Assembly: GCA_045837725.1 (NCBI GenBank)
Contig: JBEWZL010000232.1
Coordinates: 496,001 to 560,000, forward strand
Direction: 5' to 3'
DNA length: 64,000 nt
Source of the DNA: Vermamoeba vermiformis
Taxonomy: Eukaryota
Shown here in pieces: positions 1 to 11,978 of this stretch (position 1 is its first letter; each line of letters starts with the position of its first letter). The translations under genes were made by a program, and so were the position numbers. The notes beneath the pieces were generated by a model. That model searched no databases and was not told the DNA's origin. It was given only the letters and a program-made list of their open reading frames with translations.

Positions 1-10
1 GCAATTAAGC

Positions 11-295
11 GTGGCTAATCCTATTGGTTTGGCGGTCGGATGCGCTGAAGTTGCATTATTTATTTTCGGAGTATGGGGAGCAGCGAGGTTAGCGAGATTC
101 CCGCTTATTTTGTTCGCCATCCTCTCTTTGCTCTTGATTGGTCTCAATCTTGCCGCACTAATCCTCTACCTCATTGCCTACAACAACAACTACAACGCTT
201 TGGACTTTGTCTGGTACATTTTGTCGATCGCGTTCTTGATCATTTTGTTCATCTTCTCTATCATCCTCTCAAGACGCGCCAGACATGTATGCTAA
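11..295 (+). CDS. Small multi-pass membrane protein, probably the last exon of a gene starting upstream of the window
   Basis: ORF with three hydrophobic segments, preceded by an acceptor-like ttaag and followed by an AATAAA-like signal. Confidence 0.5.
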   Translation: MANPIGLAVGCAEVALFIFGVWGAARLARFPLILFAILSLLLIGLNLAALILYLIAYNNNYNALDFVWYILSIAFLIILFIFSIILSRRARHVC

Positions 296-441
296 ACTAT
301 TGGCCAAAATGCCTGCGAATTAATGTAAATAGCGAATAAAACCTTTTTTAGAAAACTCGATCTAGTTTATTAACCGTCTGTTACATAATAACGTCAAAGA
401 TATAGACAAAAATAAATAAGTTTAGTTGCTAAATAATGTAT

Positions 442-1113
442 TTACAATAAGAAAAGGAAGACAACAAGAATAACGGTACACAACGCCACCGGATCTTTTA
501 GAGCATTTCCTAATTAGTTAGTTAATATGGAATTCAGGTTATTTCTAAATAATAAACGATCTAACGACAGCAATGCAATTTTTTGCTTACCAGCCTCATT
601 GCAGTGATGGTGATCGACGTAGATCACACCGTACATGTTGTACGGAACTCCATGACCCTCGCAATAGTAAGGGTATACTCCAGCGTCATTTAGCACGACA
701 GACCTTGAGCCTCCTTCGGACGCAGCAGGAATTGGACTTTGCTGCGACGGATACTTTGTTTGATCCTCTAAAGATGTGTAAATAACGAAAATTAATCGAA
801 TAATTACGTATAAGGTACGTAAACAATGTAAATAGATATACTCTGAAATATCCTACTTACTTGCGTCAATGTAACCAGGTACGAGTGGATGCACGGAGAA
901 GTCTCCGACGAAAGAAACATTTGTGCCTGGATCTACCACCATACAAGGAGGGGTGTATCTAAATGACCAAAATCCAACTGTTACTGCTGAAACGCCAGCA
1001 TTATCAGTTGCAGTGGAGTAGGTACATCCGTTGATTACGTCATCGCACGAGTGAGCTGCTGTCAGTGTCACTAAATATAATAATGATACTCCAATTATAA
1101 TATTATTTTTCAT
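442..1113 (-). CDS. Secreted or GPI-anchored cupredoxin (plastocyanin-like blue copper) protein, 3 exons
   Basis: Signal peptide; YTPPCMVVDPGTNVSF..HPL; GVYPYYCEGH..MYGVIYV type-1 Cu Cys/His/Met motif; hydrophobic tail (LCTVILVVFLFLL*). Confidence 0.75.
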
Positions 1114-1553
1114 TAATTATGCTGTAGTTGTGCAAATTATCGCATTGAACAAAGGCTTTCAAAAAAATGCGATATATTTATAAAATCACGATCAATCTTT
1201 GAACAAAAAATATGAAGTCTCTTAAAAAAGGAATAATTTTCTAATCTACGTGAAATCGGACTGAAATACTGAAAGCAGGACGAAAAAATTGATCTCACAC
1301 CTTAGCATCCGGCCAAGAAAACACTTGGAGCACGAATTATGACCTAAAACAAACAAGCCCTGTTAGATATAGTACTACGGAGAATTTAAGAAGCAGCACG
1401 TCGTCGCAAAATTAGATTCAAATTGGAAGAAATTTCAGGTGAAAGTCGATTGGATCAATTTGGTTTGTCGTGACCTTTGCGAGTATTAAAACCACTGGTG
1501 AAGGCCTTTCCTTAAATTCAAGCAACTATCTAAACAGAAAACAACAAATCAAA

Positions 1554-1960
1554 ATGAATTCCAAGTGGACATACCTTCTAATTGTCGTGGGCTTGATCGC
1601 TGTGATCTTGCCTTACGTAGCAGCCGCAGACACTGCAGAAAAGACTATGCAACAAAAGATTCAAGAAAAGGTCGCTGAAAAGGTGAAAGAGCAAGTCGTC
1701 GAAGAAGTTCAAGAGCAAGTTCGTCAAGGTAAATCTGAAAACAATTGTACAAACATTATTTCAATTAATTGCAAAATAATCAAATATTCGATTTGACTAA
1801 TAAAATTGTAGAAATGCTTCAAACCATGGCCAAGGCTAACGCGGCAGCGTCTGCTGGCGGATCCCTTCCCGGCGATATGGAACGCGCTTTCCAATGGCGA
1901 ATTACTGTCTTCGGATTTATCTGGTTCACTTTTGTATTTATTGTCGGCTATTTCATCTAA
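1554..1960 (+). CDS. Small single-pass membrane protein with signal peptide and coiled-coil ectodomain, 2 exons
   Basis: MNSKWTYLLIVVGLIAVILPYVAA signal; Q/E/K-rich helix; GT-AG intron ~1729-1811; C-terminal TM (ITVFGFIWFTFVFIVGYFI). Confidence 0.6.
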
Positions 1961-2220
1961 GCAAGTGACTTGTAAATAAATAATTTTTTATCGCTAGATC
2001 TACGTCACCATACTAACAATGGCATTCAAAAACATTACCTATACTACTATTGTATTTCTTAGTGAATGAAGATAGAAATTGGTTGAACGCACGAGCCAAA
2101 AAAAAAATGCGCCAAGCCCGCCAAAAAACCGTTACAGCATTTAAAAGTTGAATTTGGCGGTGGTTTATTTTCGACACGAACCGAGCAGTAACCACGTATT
2201 ATGCGGATATAGATATTAAA

Positions 2221-5200
2221 ATGTCCAGCAAATACGGAAAGGAGAATAAAAAGCGAGATCTTAATGTCAAGCAAGATTTCGGCGCCAAGAAGAATTTTAC
2301 AAAGCCTTCCGTCTCTAAAGGTCATATGTTTGACAAGAGCTCTGATAAAGATGGGGATAGTAACTATGCCTCGTTATTGGAGCTCTGTAAGAAAGAGCAC
2401 GCGATGGATGTATTATTCGGATTCGAACGAATTAATGACAGCCCAAAGGATCATACTAGAGTCGGATGGCTTATAAATATGCACCCGGTAATTATTATAA
2501 TATTTTCAAATTATTCCTGTTCTAATTAACGTTATTTCAGACAATTGTGGAGGACAAAGAAAATCATATTGTAAAGAGCGCTGTTGAATATTATTTTGTA
2601 CAAGAAGATGGCTCGACGTTCAAAGCAGTCATTCCTTATAATCCTTACTTCTATTTGGGAATCAAGGTAAGATCTGTTTTGACGCGCCAAAAAGTCAGAT
2701 CAAATGTAGTAACCGAATTTTATTTTAGGAGGATTCTTTCCGTGAAGTTGAAACATATCTTAAGCGAAAATTCGATCGTCTTATCCACTCGATCGAGATG
2801 ACAGATAAAGTCGATCTTGAAGTCGTAAGTTAGCAATTCTTGCTTCATTTTGTGCCTTTTTACTGACCAATATATACAGAAAAACCATTTGTCTGGTATT
2901 TTGACTCCTTACATTAAAGTCAAGTTCAACACAGTTCAAGATCTACTCAGAGTGCGTTCACAGCTCTCTCCGATCGTGAACAAGAATAAGGACCGCGTAC
3001 GTGAGTCAGAGTCCACTTTTGATGAAGATTCAAGCTCTGGGTAAGTCATATTAACGCTAATCTGATGGTGCACGTACTAATCAGATCTTGTGATAGCGTT
3101 GAGAAGGAAGACTACGCCTCTTATATTGTCGACATGCGCGAATACGACGTAATTTACTACCAACGTGTCTCAATCGACTCAGGTAAGCCCTACAGACTGC
3201 TCAGCTCATGCTTGTAGATCGCGTACTGACTTTTGTTTCAGGCATTCGATGCGCCTATTGGTACGATGTTGAAGTCAAGAGCGGTCAAGTCGAAATGAAG
3301 CACAGAGAAGACATGCTCGTGCGTGCTGAGCCTCGTGTCTTGGCTTTCGATATTGAAACGACTAAGCTCCCGCTCAAGTTTCCTAATCCGGAAATTGACA
3401 AGGTCATGATGATTTCTTACATGATCGATAGACAAGGTTATTTAATTATCAACCGATCTATTGTATCTGAAGACATTCAAGACTTTGATTACACGCCTAA
3501 ACCTGAATACAAAGGTCCATTCCATACTTTTAATGAAAAAGACGAGGTATGTGGAATAACCGCTAAAAAATCATCGAAATACTAACAAGTACCTCCTTAA
3601 TTACAGAAAGGTGTTTTGATGCGCTTTGCTCAGCACATCCGCGAAACCAAACCCAACGTTTACGTCACTTTCAACGGAGACATGTTCGACTGGCCTTTCT
3701 TAGAGCGACGTTACAAAGAGAACGGCATGAACATGTACGACGAGATTGCCGTCAAGCTTGATGGTTCGAAAGAGTTCTACACCAGCCGTTTTGCTCCTCA
3801 CATTGACGCGCACAAGTGGGTTGACCGTGACTCGTACTTGCCTCACGGAAGCAGAAACTTGAAGGCTGTGACTAAAGCTAAGCTGGGCTACAACCCGATT
3901 GAAATTGATCCCGAAGAAATGGTCAAATTTGCCGCACAACGTCCGCAAGAGATGGCCAACTACTCAGTTTCAGACGCCGTGGCCACGTACTATCTGTACA
4001 TGCAATACGTGCATCCCTTCATCTTCTCACTTTGCAACATCATTTCAATGCACCCTGAAGATGTGTCGCGCAAGGGTACTGGTACTTTGTGCGAGTCCTT
4101 ATTGATGGTAAGCAAACACTCATCGAATGTTGCGTTGGATCTAAGTTTTTAACTCGTGCAGACGGAAGCGTTCAAAGCCAACATTATTTACCCGAACAAG
4201 AAGGTCGGAGGCGCTACTAAAGTCTTCAAAGGCCACCCTATTGAAAGCGAGACTTACGTCGGAGGTCACGTCGAATCTTTGGCTGCCGGTATTTACCGCA
4301 GCGACTTGCCTTTGGACTTTAAACTCAACAGCGACGCGGTGCAGCAAGTAAGTACTATCATATATATTGGTCGCTTATTTAAATTCTAATCCTCTGTAGA
4401 TGATCGATCAAGTTGAAGAGGTCATGAAATTCGCCGTTGAAAAAGAAGCTGGCGTCAAAGTTGATGAAGTTGAAAACTGGGAAGAAATCCGTCGTGATAT
4501 TGTTGGCAAGCTTGAAGCATTGAAGAGTGCTCCTCAAGTGACCGAGACTCCTCTCATCTATCACGTCGACGTTGCTGCTATGTATCCCAACATTATTTTG
4601 ACCAACAGACTTCAACCCACCGCCATCGTCGACGAACAGATCTGCTCTGGCTGTGTTTTCAATCAACCTGAAAACCAATGCCAACGCAAGTTGGACTGGG
4701 AATGGCGTGTCGACTACTTGCCGATTAGCAAGGGAGAATACGACAGAGCTATCGAGCAACTCGAAATTGAGCGTAAGTTGGCTCTGTTATGTTTGCTAGT
4801 TTGCTTTATAATGCTAATCTTTCCTCCTTAGGCTTTACTATGAAGACCAAGACTGGCGAGGAGAAGCAAGTTCGTTTCTGGGAATTGCCTCGCGAAGAAC
4901 AAAAGAACAAGATCAAGAAGCGTATCAAGGACATTTGCCGCACAACTTACAAGAAGACGCACGAAACTGAAACTGTGTTGAAGAAGGACACTGTTTGCAT
5001 GCGTGAAAATCCGTTCTACGTCGACACTGTGCGCGCTTTCCGTGACAGACGTTACACGTACAAGAACTTGCAGAAAGTCTGGCACAAGAAGCACGATACT
5101 GCCAAGAAAGAACAGTCCGCTGAGAAGCTCAAAGAGGCTCAAAGCATGCTCATCTTGTACGACTCTTTGCAGCTCGCGCACAAGTGTATTTTGAACTCTT

Positions 5201-8200
5201 TCTACGGTTACGTCATGAGAAAGGGCTCTCGTTGGTACTCTATGGAAATGGCCGGTATTGGTAAGTTCTCACATCATCAATTCAAGTTCATTTCGCTAAC
5301 TAATGTTTTCATCTAGTCACGCACACTGGTTCAAACATCATTAAGCGTGCCAGAGAGTTGATTGAAGCTGTTGGTAAGCCCTTGGAGTTGGACACGGACG
5401 GTATTTGGTGTGCATTGCCTAAGAGCTTCCCTGAGAACTACGAGTTCAAGCTCAACAACCCTGACAAGAAGAGCTTCGTTTTCTCGTACTTGTGTACCGC
5501 TCTCAACGCTCAAACTCACCGCGAGTTCAACAACGAGCAATACCAAACGCTTATCAACCCCGAGACCTTGGAATACGAGACTAAGGACGAGTGCACAATC
5601 TTCTTCGAAGTCGACGGTCCTTACCGCGCCATGGTCTTGCCCACTTCTAAGGACGAAGGCAAACAAATCAAGAAACGTTATGCTATCTTCGCACAAGACG
5701 GTCGTTTGGCCGAATTGAAAGGTTTCGAAATCAAGCGTCGTGGTGAACTCAAGTTGATCAAGGACTTCCAATCGCAAATCTTCAGCAGCTTCTTGGAAGG
5801 CAAGTCTTTGCGCGAGTGTTACGATGCCGTCGCTAAAGTGGCTGAACACTACTTGACCATTCTTGAGACTCGTGGTGAAGCCCTTGACGACGAAGAACTC
5901 TTGGGCATCATCTCTGAAAGCAAGAACATGAGCAGAAAGATGGAAGACTATGCCACTACTAAGTCTCCTGCCATGACCTGCGCCAAGCGTCTCGGTGAAT
6001 TTTTGGGACAAATCACCAATCTCCAAGGCATGACTTGCAGATACATTGTGTCAACCAAACCCGAAGGCACCGCTGTCGCTGAACGTGTTATTCCTGCTGT
6101 CATCTTCTCCGCGCCTACTGAGACTCAAGTCAAGTGGTTGCGATTGTGGTGCAAGGACAACGCACTCGATGAGAACTGCTTGCGTGACATTGTTGATTGG
6201 GAGTACTACAAGTAAGTAATACACAGCGTAGTACACGAAACACATGTGCTAACAATATCTTCAGGGCTCGTTTGCAATCAACTGTTCAAAAGATGATTAC
6301 TCTTCCCGCTCACTTCCAAGGCATCGAAAACCCACTTAAGGAGCTGGTGCCTCACCCCGACTGGGTAGGTTAATCGACTTTTTTTGTATTTAGATGATCT
6401 GCTAATACTCCGACTTGTAGTTGATCAAGAACCAGAAACAAAAGGAAGACGCTGTCAAGCAACGCAAGATTGACAACATGTTCCAAAAGATTGACAAGCC
6501 CGTTGAACAGCCTCGTATTGTCGCTATGGATATTGAAGATATGGGTTCAGTTGCAACCGCTCACTCTGCCAGTGCCAGCGGCTACTCGGGTGAAAGCGAA
6601 GTGCGTGTCAACAAGGGCAAGAAGCGCTCTCGCAAGTCCTTTGAAGGCGACAAGTACGGCTTGGACGTCGTCTCGAGCGAAGAAGAGACTGAAGAGCCTC
6701 CTAAGGAAGAAGAGGATTATCAAGCTTGGTTGGCTTATCAAAAGAACAAGTGGAAGAAGTTGAGACGTGATCGCAAGCGCAGAAAGGAACTCTTTGGAGA
6801 GGTCAGTAACAAGCTAGATCCGCTACACGGAACTCGACTAATGAGTTTGTTATAGAATGCCAGACAGCTAAACAACAGAAACGCCACTGGTGTTGAAAAT
6901 CTCTTCCAACGTCAATCCATTACGTTGTTGTCTAAGCCCTGGCAGATCATTCAAATCACCGAGACAAACACTCCCGGAAAGTTGAAGATCTGGCTCATGG
7001 ACGACAACAGCATGTTCTCGACTTACCTTCTCGTTCCTCGCCGATTCTACTTGAACTGCTACAGCGCTCAACACGAGACTGTTGGCAAGAAAGTTGCTAG
7101 CCACTTGCCTCGATCTCGCAAGAGATTCTACTTGTACGACATTGAGCTTGATGAGGACAAGTACCAGAACAGCTTGAAAGAGATCGAATTGCAACGAGTT
7201 GACCCTGAAGTAGAAGGTTTCTACGAAAGTCAATTGCCGCTCGAATACAGAGCTGTGTTGGATCTCGGTTGTATGGCCAAAGTTAAGTCTTCGGCCAAAG
7301 ATCATCCCACACATCAGCCTTGGACCCTCGACAAGCTCGACACGCTCTCCTCGACGCAGTATCTCACTCAAATGAAGCCCAGATTCATCTACTTGTACCA
7401 GAGTCAGAGCGATCCGAAGGGCCTTGTTGGTTTGTACTTCCCTCACACTCAGAGATTCGAAGTGTTCTTCGGCACTCCTCACTCTCAAGAGGTTATGGGC
7501 AGCGTTAAGACCAACCTTAGTGAACTCAAGGTACTTGCCAATCTCCATTTTTTGAAGTTCATTTTCTAATGTTATTAGGGTTTCTCTGAATTGAACCTCA
7601 GCGTCGAGACTCATCGCAAAGAAAGCTTTGAAAAGGCCTGTGTTGCGGCCAATGCTCTTCTCTCCACTCACAAGACGCAATACCCTGGTCCTATCGTCTT
7701 GGTCTGCCAAACTTCGACGCACACCAGCGTTTTGAAGCGAAACATGCCTATGCTCGAAGAGTTCCCTAAAATGGAAATGGCACCGCACGAGAAGGACAAC
7801 CAATACCCGTTATTCGGATGGTTCACATTCGCTGCTGTCTCCTTCGCTCAACGCGCCTTTCAAATTAGCAAGTGGTTCGATACTGCTATTTTGCTTGCTC
7901 GTTACGCACAAGTACCTATTGGAAACTTCGGTCCCGACTTCCAAATTCTTCTGAGCGACATCTTCTTCGCTAGAAGACTCAAGCAGAACGATCACGTGCT
8001 TTGGTGGTCGAACAGCGACAAGCCAGATCTCGGTGGCAACGAAGAAAACGATAACGGATTCGTTGATGAATTGGCCAACCCCGAGATCTGCAGACCCATC
8101 TGCCACGAGACCATTTCGATTGAAATTGACGTCACTGGTCTCGCCATCAACACCATCTTGTCTGCCAGCCACATTGCCGATCTCGAAGGCAACTTGAAAT

Positions 8201-9790
8201 TTGCTACTGCCGACGACAATACTCCTACTCCAGCCCTCGCTGAAGATGATGACGGCACTAAGAGTGACATCTACTTCCATAGCGTGGATGAAGCAGCTGC
8301 TTGTGCACGTGCCTTCAAAATCTTGAAGAACTTGGTCACGTCATGGTCCGTTGATGTGTTCAAGAACGACAAGTACAATCCTTCCGCTGATATCTTCGTG
8401 CGCAACTTCTACCGATGGATCTCTAGCCCTCAATCCAAGCTCTACGATCCCGCCATTCATCGTCTCGTGCACAGACTGATCAAGAAGGTGTTTTTGCATC
8501 TGCTGAATGAAATGAAGCACTTGGGCGCCAAGGTCATCTACGCCAACTTCAACAAGATCATCATTGGCACTGACAAGCTGAAGTTGCACGAAGCTGAGTC
8601 GTACTTCAAGTTCCTCGTCAAGACGATCACCAAGAAGCCCGTGTTCCAGTACATTCAGCTCGAAGCCAAGCGCTACTGGGATGTTCTACTGTTCAAGGAC
8701 AAAGTCAACTACTTGGGCATTCCTGCCAGCGAAGGAATGGTTGATGATGAAGATATCGGTAAGTCTGAACAATGTGTTGTAACAAGCGGATCAGATCTGA
8801 CTTTTCCATTAGTTCCTGTTGCTGAATGGAACCTTGCTCAATACTTGCCGAAGACCATTGAGAAGCACTTCTTCGTCGTCATTTACGACTTCGTTCTGCA
8901 GCTCTACAAGAACAGAAAAGCTCGCGGTGACGCTCCTCGTCCCACGGACGCCAGTCAAGCCAAGGCCTCGCAAGCCGCAAAGGACGAAAACAACAAGATT
9001 GTCGATATGACCCTTGACAACTGGGAGGAAGAAGACGCTGCTGCCGCTAAGTTCAAGCCTGATGATCAAGAACAAGAGATCATTTCGTACTTGACTCAAC
9101 GTCTCTTCGTCATCACTCAGGACGTGCAACGTTCTTTGAGCAATCCTGAAGTGAACGAAGACGACGAAGAGAACCCTGGTAGATCTCTTGTGCAAGACAG
9201 CAACCCTGCTCTCGACTTCATCAAGGCCGTCTGCCACGTGCTCTCGCTTAAGAAGTCTCTCGAGATCAAAGTTGCTACCCTCAAGAGAGTAAGTTTTTGA
9301 ACACGTGACGGATGTGGTGAGCTCGTCCTAACAAACCAAACAGAACTTGCTCAAGATGGTCAACGTGCGTGAGTTCGCTACTGAAGCTGAGTTCAGAGAC
9401 CCGTGCGTGTCGTACACACTTCCCGACGTTATTTGCTCGTACTGCAATAACGCGCGTGACCTCGACTTCTTGCGCGATCCTAACTTGCTGAAACACATCT
9501 GGAAGTGCGGCATCTGCAGCCACACTTACAACAAGCAGAACATCGAACGAAGACTCATCGATATCGTTCAAAAGCGCTCGTTGGCTTACCAGACCCAAGA
9601 TCTTGTTTGTGAGAAGTGCAAGATGGTCAAGGCTGAAAATACTGCGCAGTTGTGCTCGAACTGCAGTGGTAACTTTACCTGCCGCGAGAATGCACCTGAC
9701 TTCAAGCAAGGACTGCAAGTCTTCTTGAATATCGCCAAGTACCACGACTTTAAGATGCTGCGTCACGTCGTGGACTGGTGTATGAAGTAA
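2221..9790 (+). CDS. POLE: DNA polymerase epsilon catalytic subunit A, multi-exon
   Basis: [22 protein letters not shown] (ExoI); [44 protein letters not shown]-terminal CysA/CysB fingers (CSYC..CGIC, CEKC..CSNC). Confidence 0.97.
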
Positions 9791-9981
9791 ATCTGGTTCT
9801 GATCTGAGAACCCTGTATTATAAGACCTTTTAAATAAACCTTTTCCATAAATGCAGAATTCTTCGCAGTGCTATCGGACGACGTGGTGCCCGATCTGAAT
9901 AAACTTGATAAAATTTTGCATTTTGTGGTTTCGCGACCCTTGCTTCATTTGTCGCTATTTTCTAATAGAACAACAACTAAG

Positions 9982-10958
9982 ATGGACAGAACTCTCCTCA
10001 TTGTCAAGCCTGACGGCGTTCAACGCAACCTTGTAAGTGTCACGAGATGAAATGGATTTGCAAGTCTGAAAAACTTTACTACTGCCTCTGCGAATTACAG
10101 CATAAATATTAATACCTTTGCACGAGCACACTATAGAAATCAAGCGATTTTAGCGTTTTAAAAACAAAATCTGCTTCCACAATTAATTTTAATAATATCT
10201 CTACTACTTCTGAAAATTTCGTAAAAATCAAATACTAATAGTACTACGTCATATAGGTTGGTGAAATCCTCTCCCGCTGGGAAAAGAGAGGTTTCAAGCT
10301 CGTCGCCATGAAGCTCGTTGTCCCCTCCAAGGACCTCGCTGAGCAACACTACGGTGAGCACAAGGGCAAGCCTTTCTATGACAAGCTTGTCAACTTCATC
10401 ACCTCCGGCCCCGCCGTCTTCATTGTAAGCATTTTTGAGCTCACGAATCTCGCGATCGCAAATCATCCATCTCCATCTACATTTTTTTCTAATCGCTGGC
10501 TTATCGATTCCTATATTAACCTATTCTCATTTCGAAAGGTTTTCGAAGGCAAGGGTGTCGTCGAGACTAGCCGCAAGATGATTGGTGCCACCAATCCTTT
10601 GAACTCTGAACCCGGTACCGTCAGAGGAGATCTTGCCGTCGATATGGGCAGGTAAGAACTTAACCTAACGTGCTTATACAATTTTTTGAGTGAAGCGAGT
10701 CACGCTAGCTGAAACACCTTGGCGGCGATCGACTCACATCCACGGCTTTAGAATTAAGAAGAGTTTTGTGCTGAAATCAAATTGCTTTTCATTCTATTTA
10801 TATAACGTTTAAGTTGCAAGTAACTCACTATTTATTAAAGAAACGTTATCCACGGTTCTGACTCCAAGGAATCTGCTGCTCGTGAGATCAAGCTCTGGTT
10901 CGCTGACAACGAAGTTTTCTCCTGGACTTCTCACTCTCAAGCCGATCTCTACGAATGA
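9982..10958 (+). CDS. ndk: Nucleoside diphosphate kinase, 4 exons
   Basis: [48 protein letters not shown] catalytic His motif. Confidence 0.96.
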
Positions 10959-11978
10959 ACGGATCCGCTTAGCAAGCTCTAGCAGGGCAGTTAAAGTTTA
11001 TTGATAAAAGAGCTTACGCGATCTTATTAATAAATAACTTAACCAAACTCGTGTTATTCTTTATGGTTGCGCAGCGGCGTCAAAATACTGCCTCTATTAT
11101 TTATACCCTGTTTCGACGCAGTTACAGCGAATGCTACCAGCGGTACGAGTATTGAACACGAAAAATAGAATGTAGAGATTTATAAAAACATCAATTTTGC
11201 GAACCACGAAACACCACAACCACAATAATTCAATTATCTACCGTTCGCAATATGGTGTTCCAATTAGTATTTGAGTGAAGGAAAGCGAGGAGTGAGTAAG
11301 TATTTTAGAGATCTGATAAAAAATTCCATCAATCGTTCTATGGCGAATTAATTAGCCTTGTCTATTAATTATGTAACGTCGTACAACATTTTAGGATTAG
11401 AAATAATAGGACGTGGGGTTATATTTAAAAAAATTAAAAATAATTTGTTGCCTGCCTTCAATATGTAGTATATTAGTAATACTTGCCAAATCTCATTTTA
11501 TATAAATGAAATATTCTGCAATAATAGTGCAATTATTTAATAGTTAGTTGTTGCAAAAGGTAGCCGTCGCGGATTTGAGCACCAGGATCCATTTAGAATG
11601 CAGTCTCAAAGTCTACAACCAACTAGCTACAAGTATTAGCGTAATGATACATTTTGATGGTATGAAGTTTGCGTGCACGTCATGGCAGTTAGCACGTGAT
11701 GATTCACAAGCAACTTGCCGAGGGAGACATGTTGTAATGGATTGCAAGTCGTTCACGTGGCGGTAAGAAATCTCGGCTTTTTTTTTGCTAACATTAATGC
11801 GGCGACTCGCAGTAATTCATATGAATGGCAAAATTTTTATAGGTTAAAATCAGATGTGATTCTGATTCTTGGGAAGATTTAAATAGCGACCTGATTCTCA
11901 TTCGATTTCCATACTTATTCAATACACAACGCATCCTAACTAATACTATCTGCTTAATATCGTTGTGTTGTTATCGTC

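Noticed and set aside
4379-9766. Long antisense ORFs over POLE (up to 311 aa)
   Set aside because: Shadow ORFs caused by the biased codon usage of the sense gene; no recognisable motifs.
2221-9790. Fragmented ORFs suggesting pseudogenes, frameshifts or an alternative genetic code
   Set aside because: The breaks I checked coincide with GT-AG introns that restore the frame.
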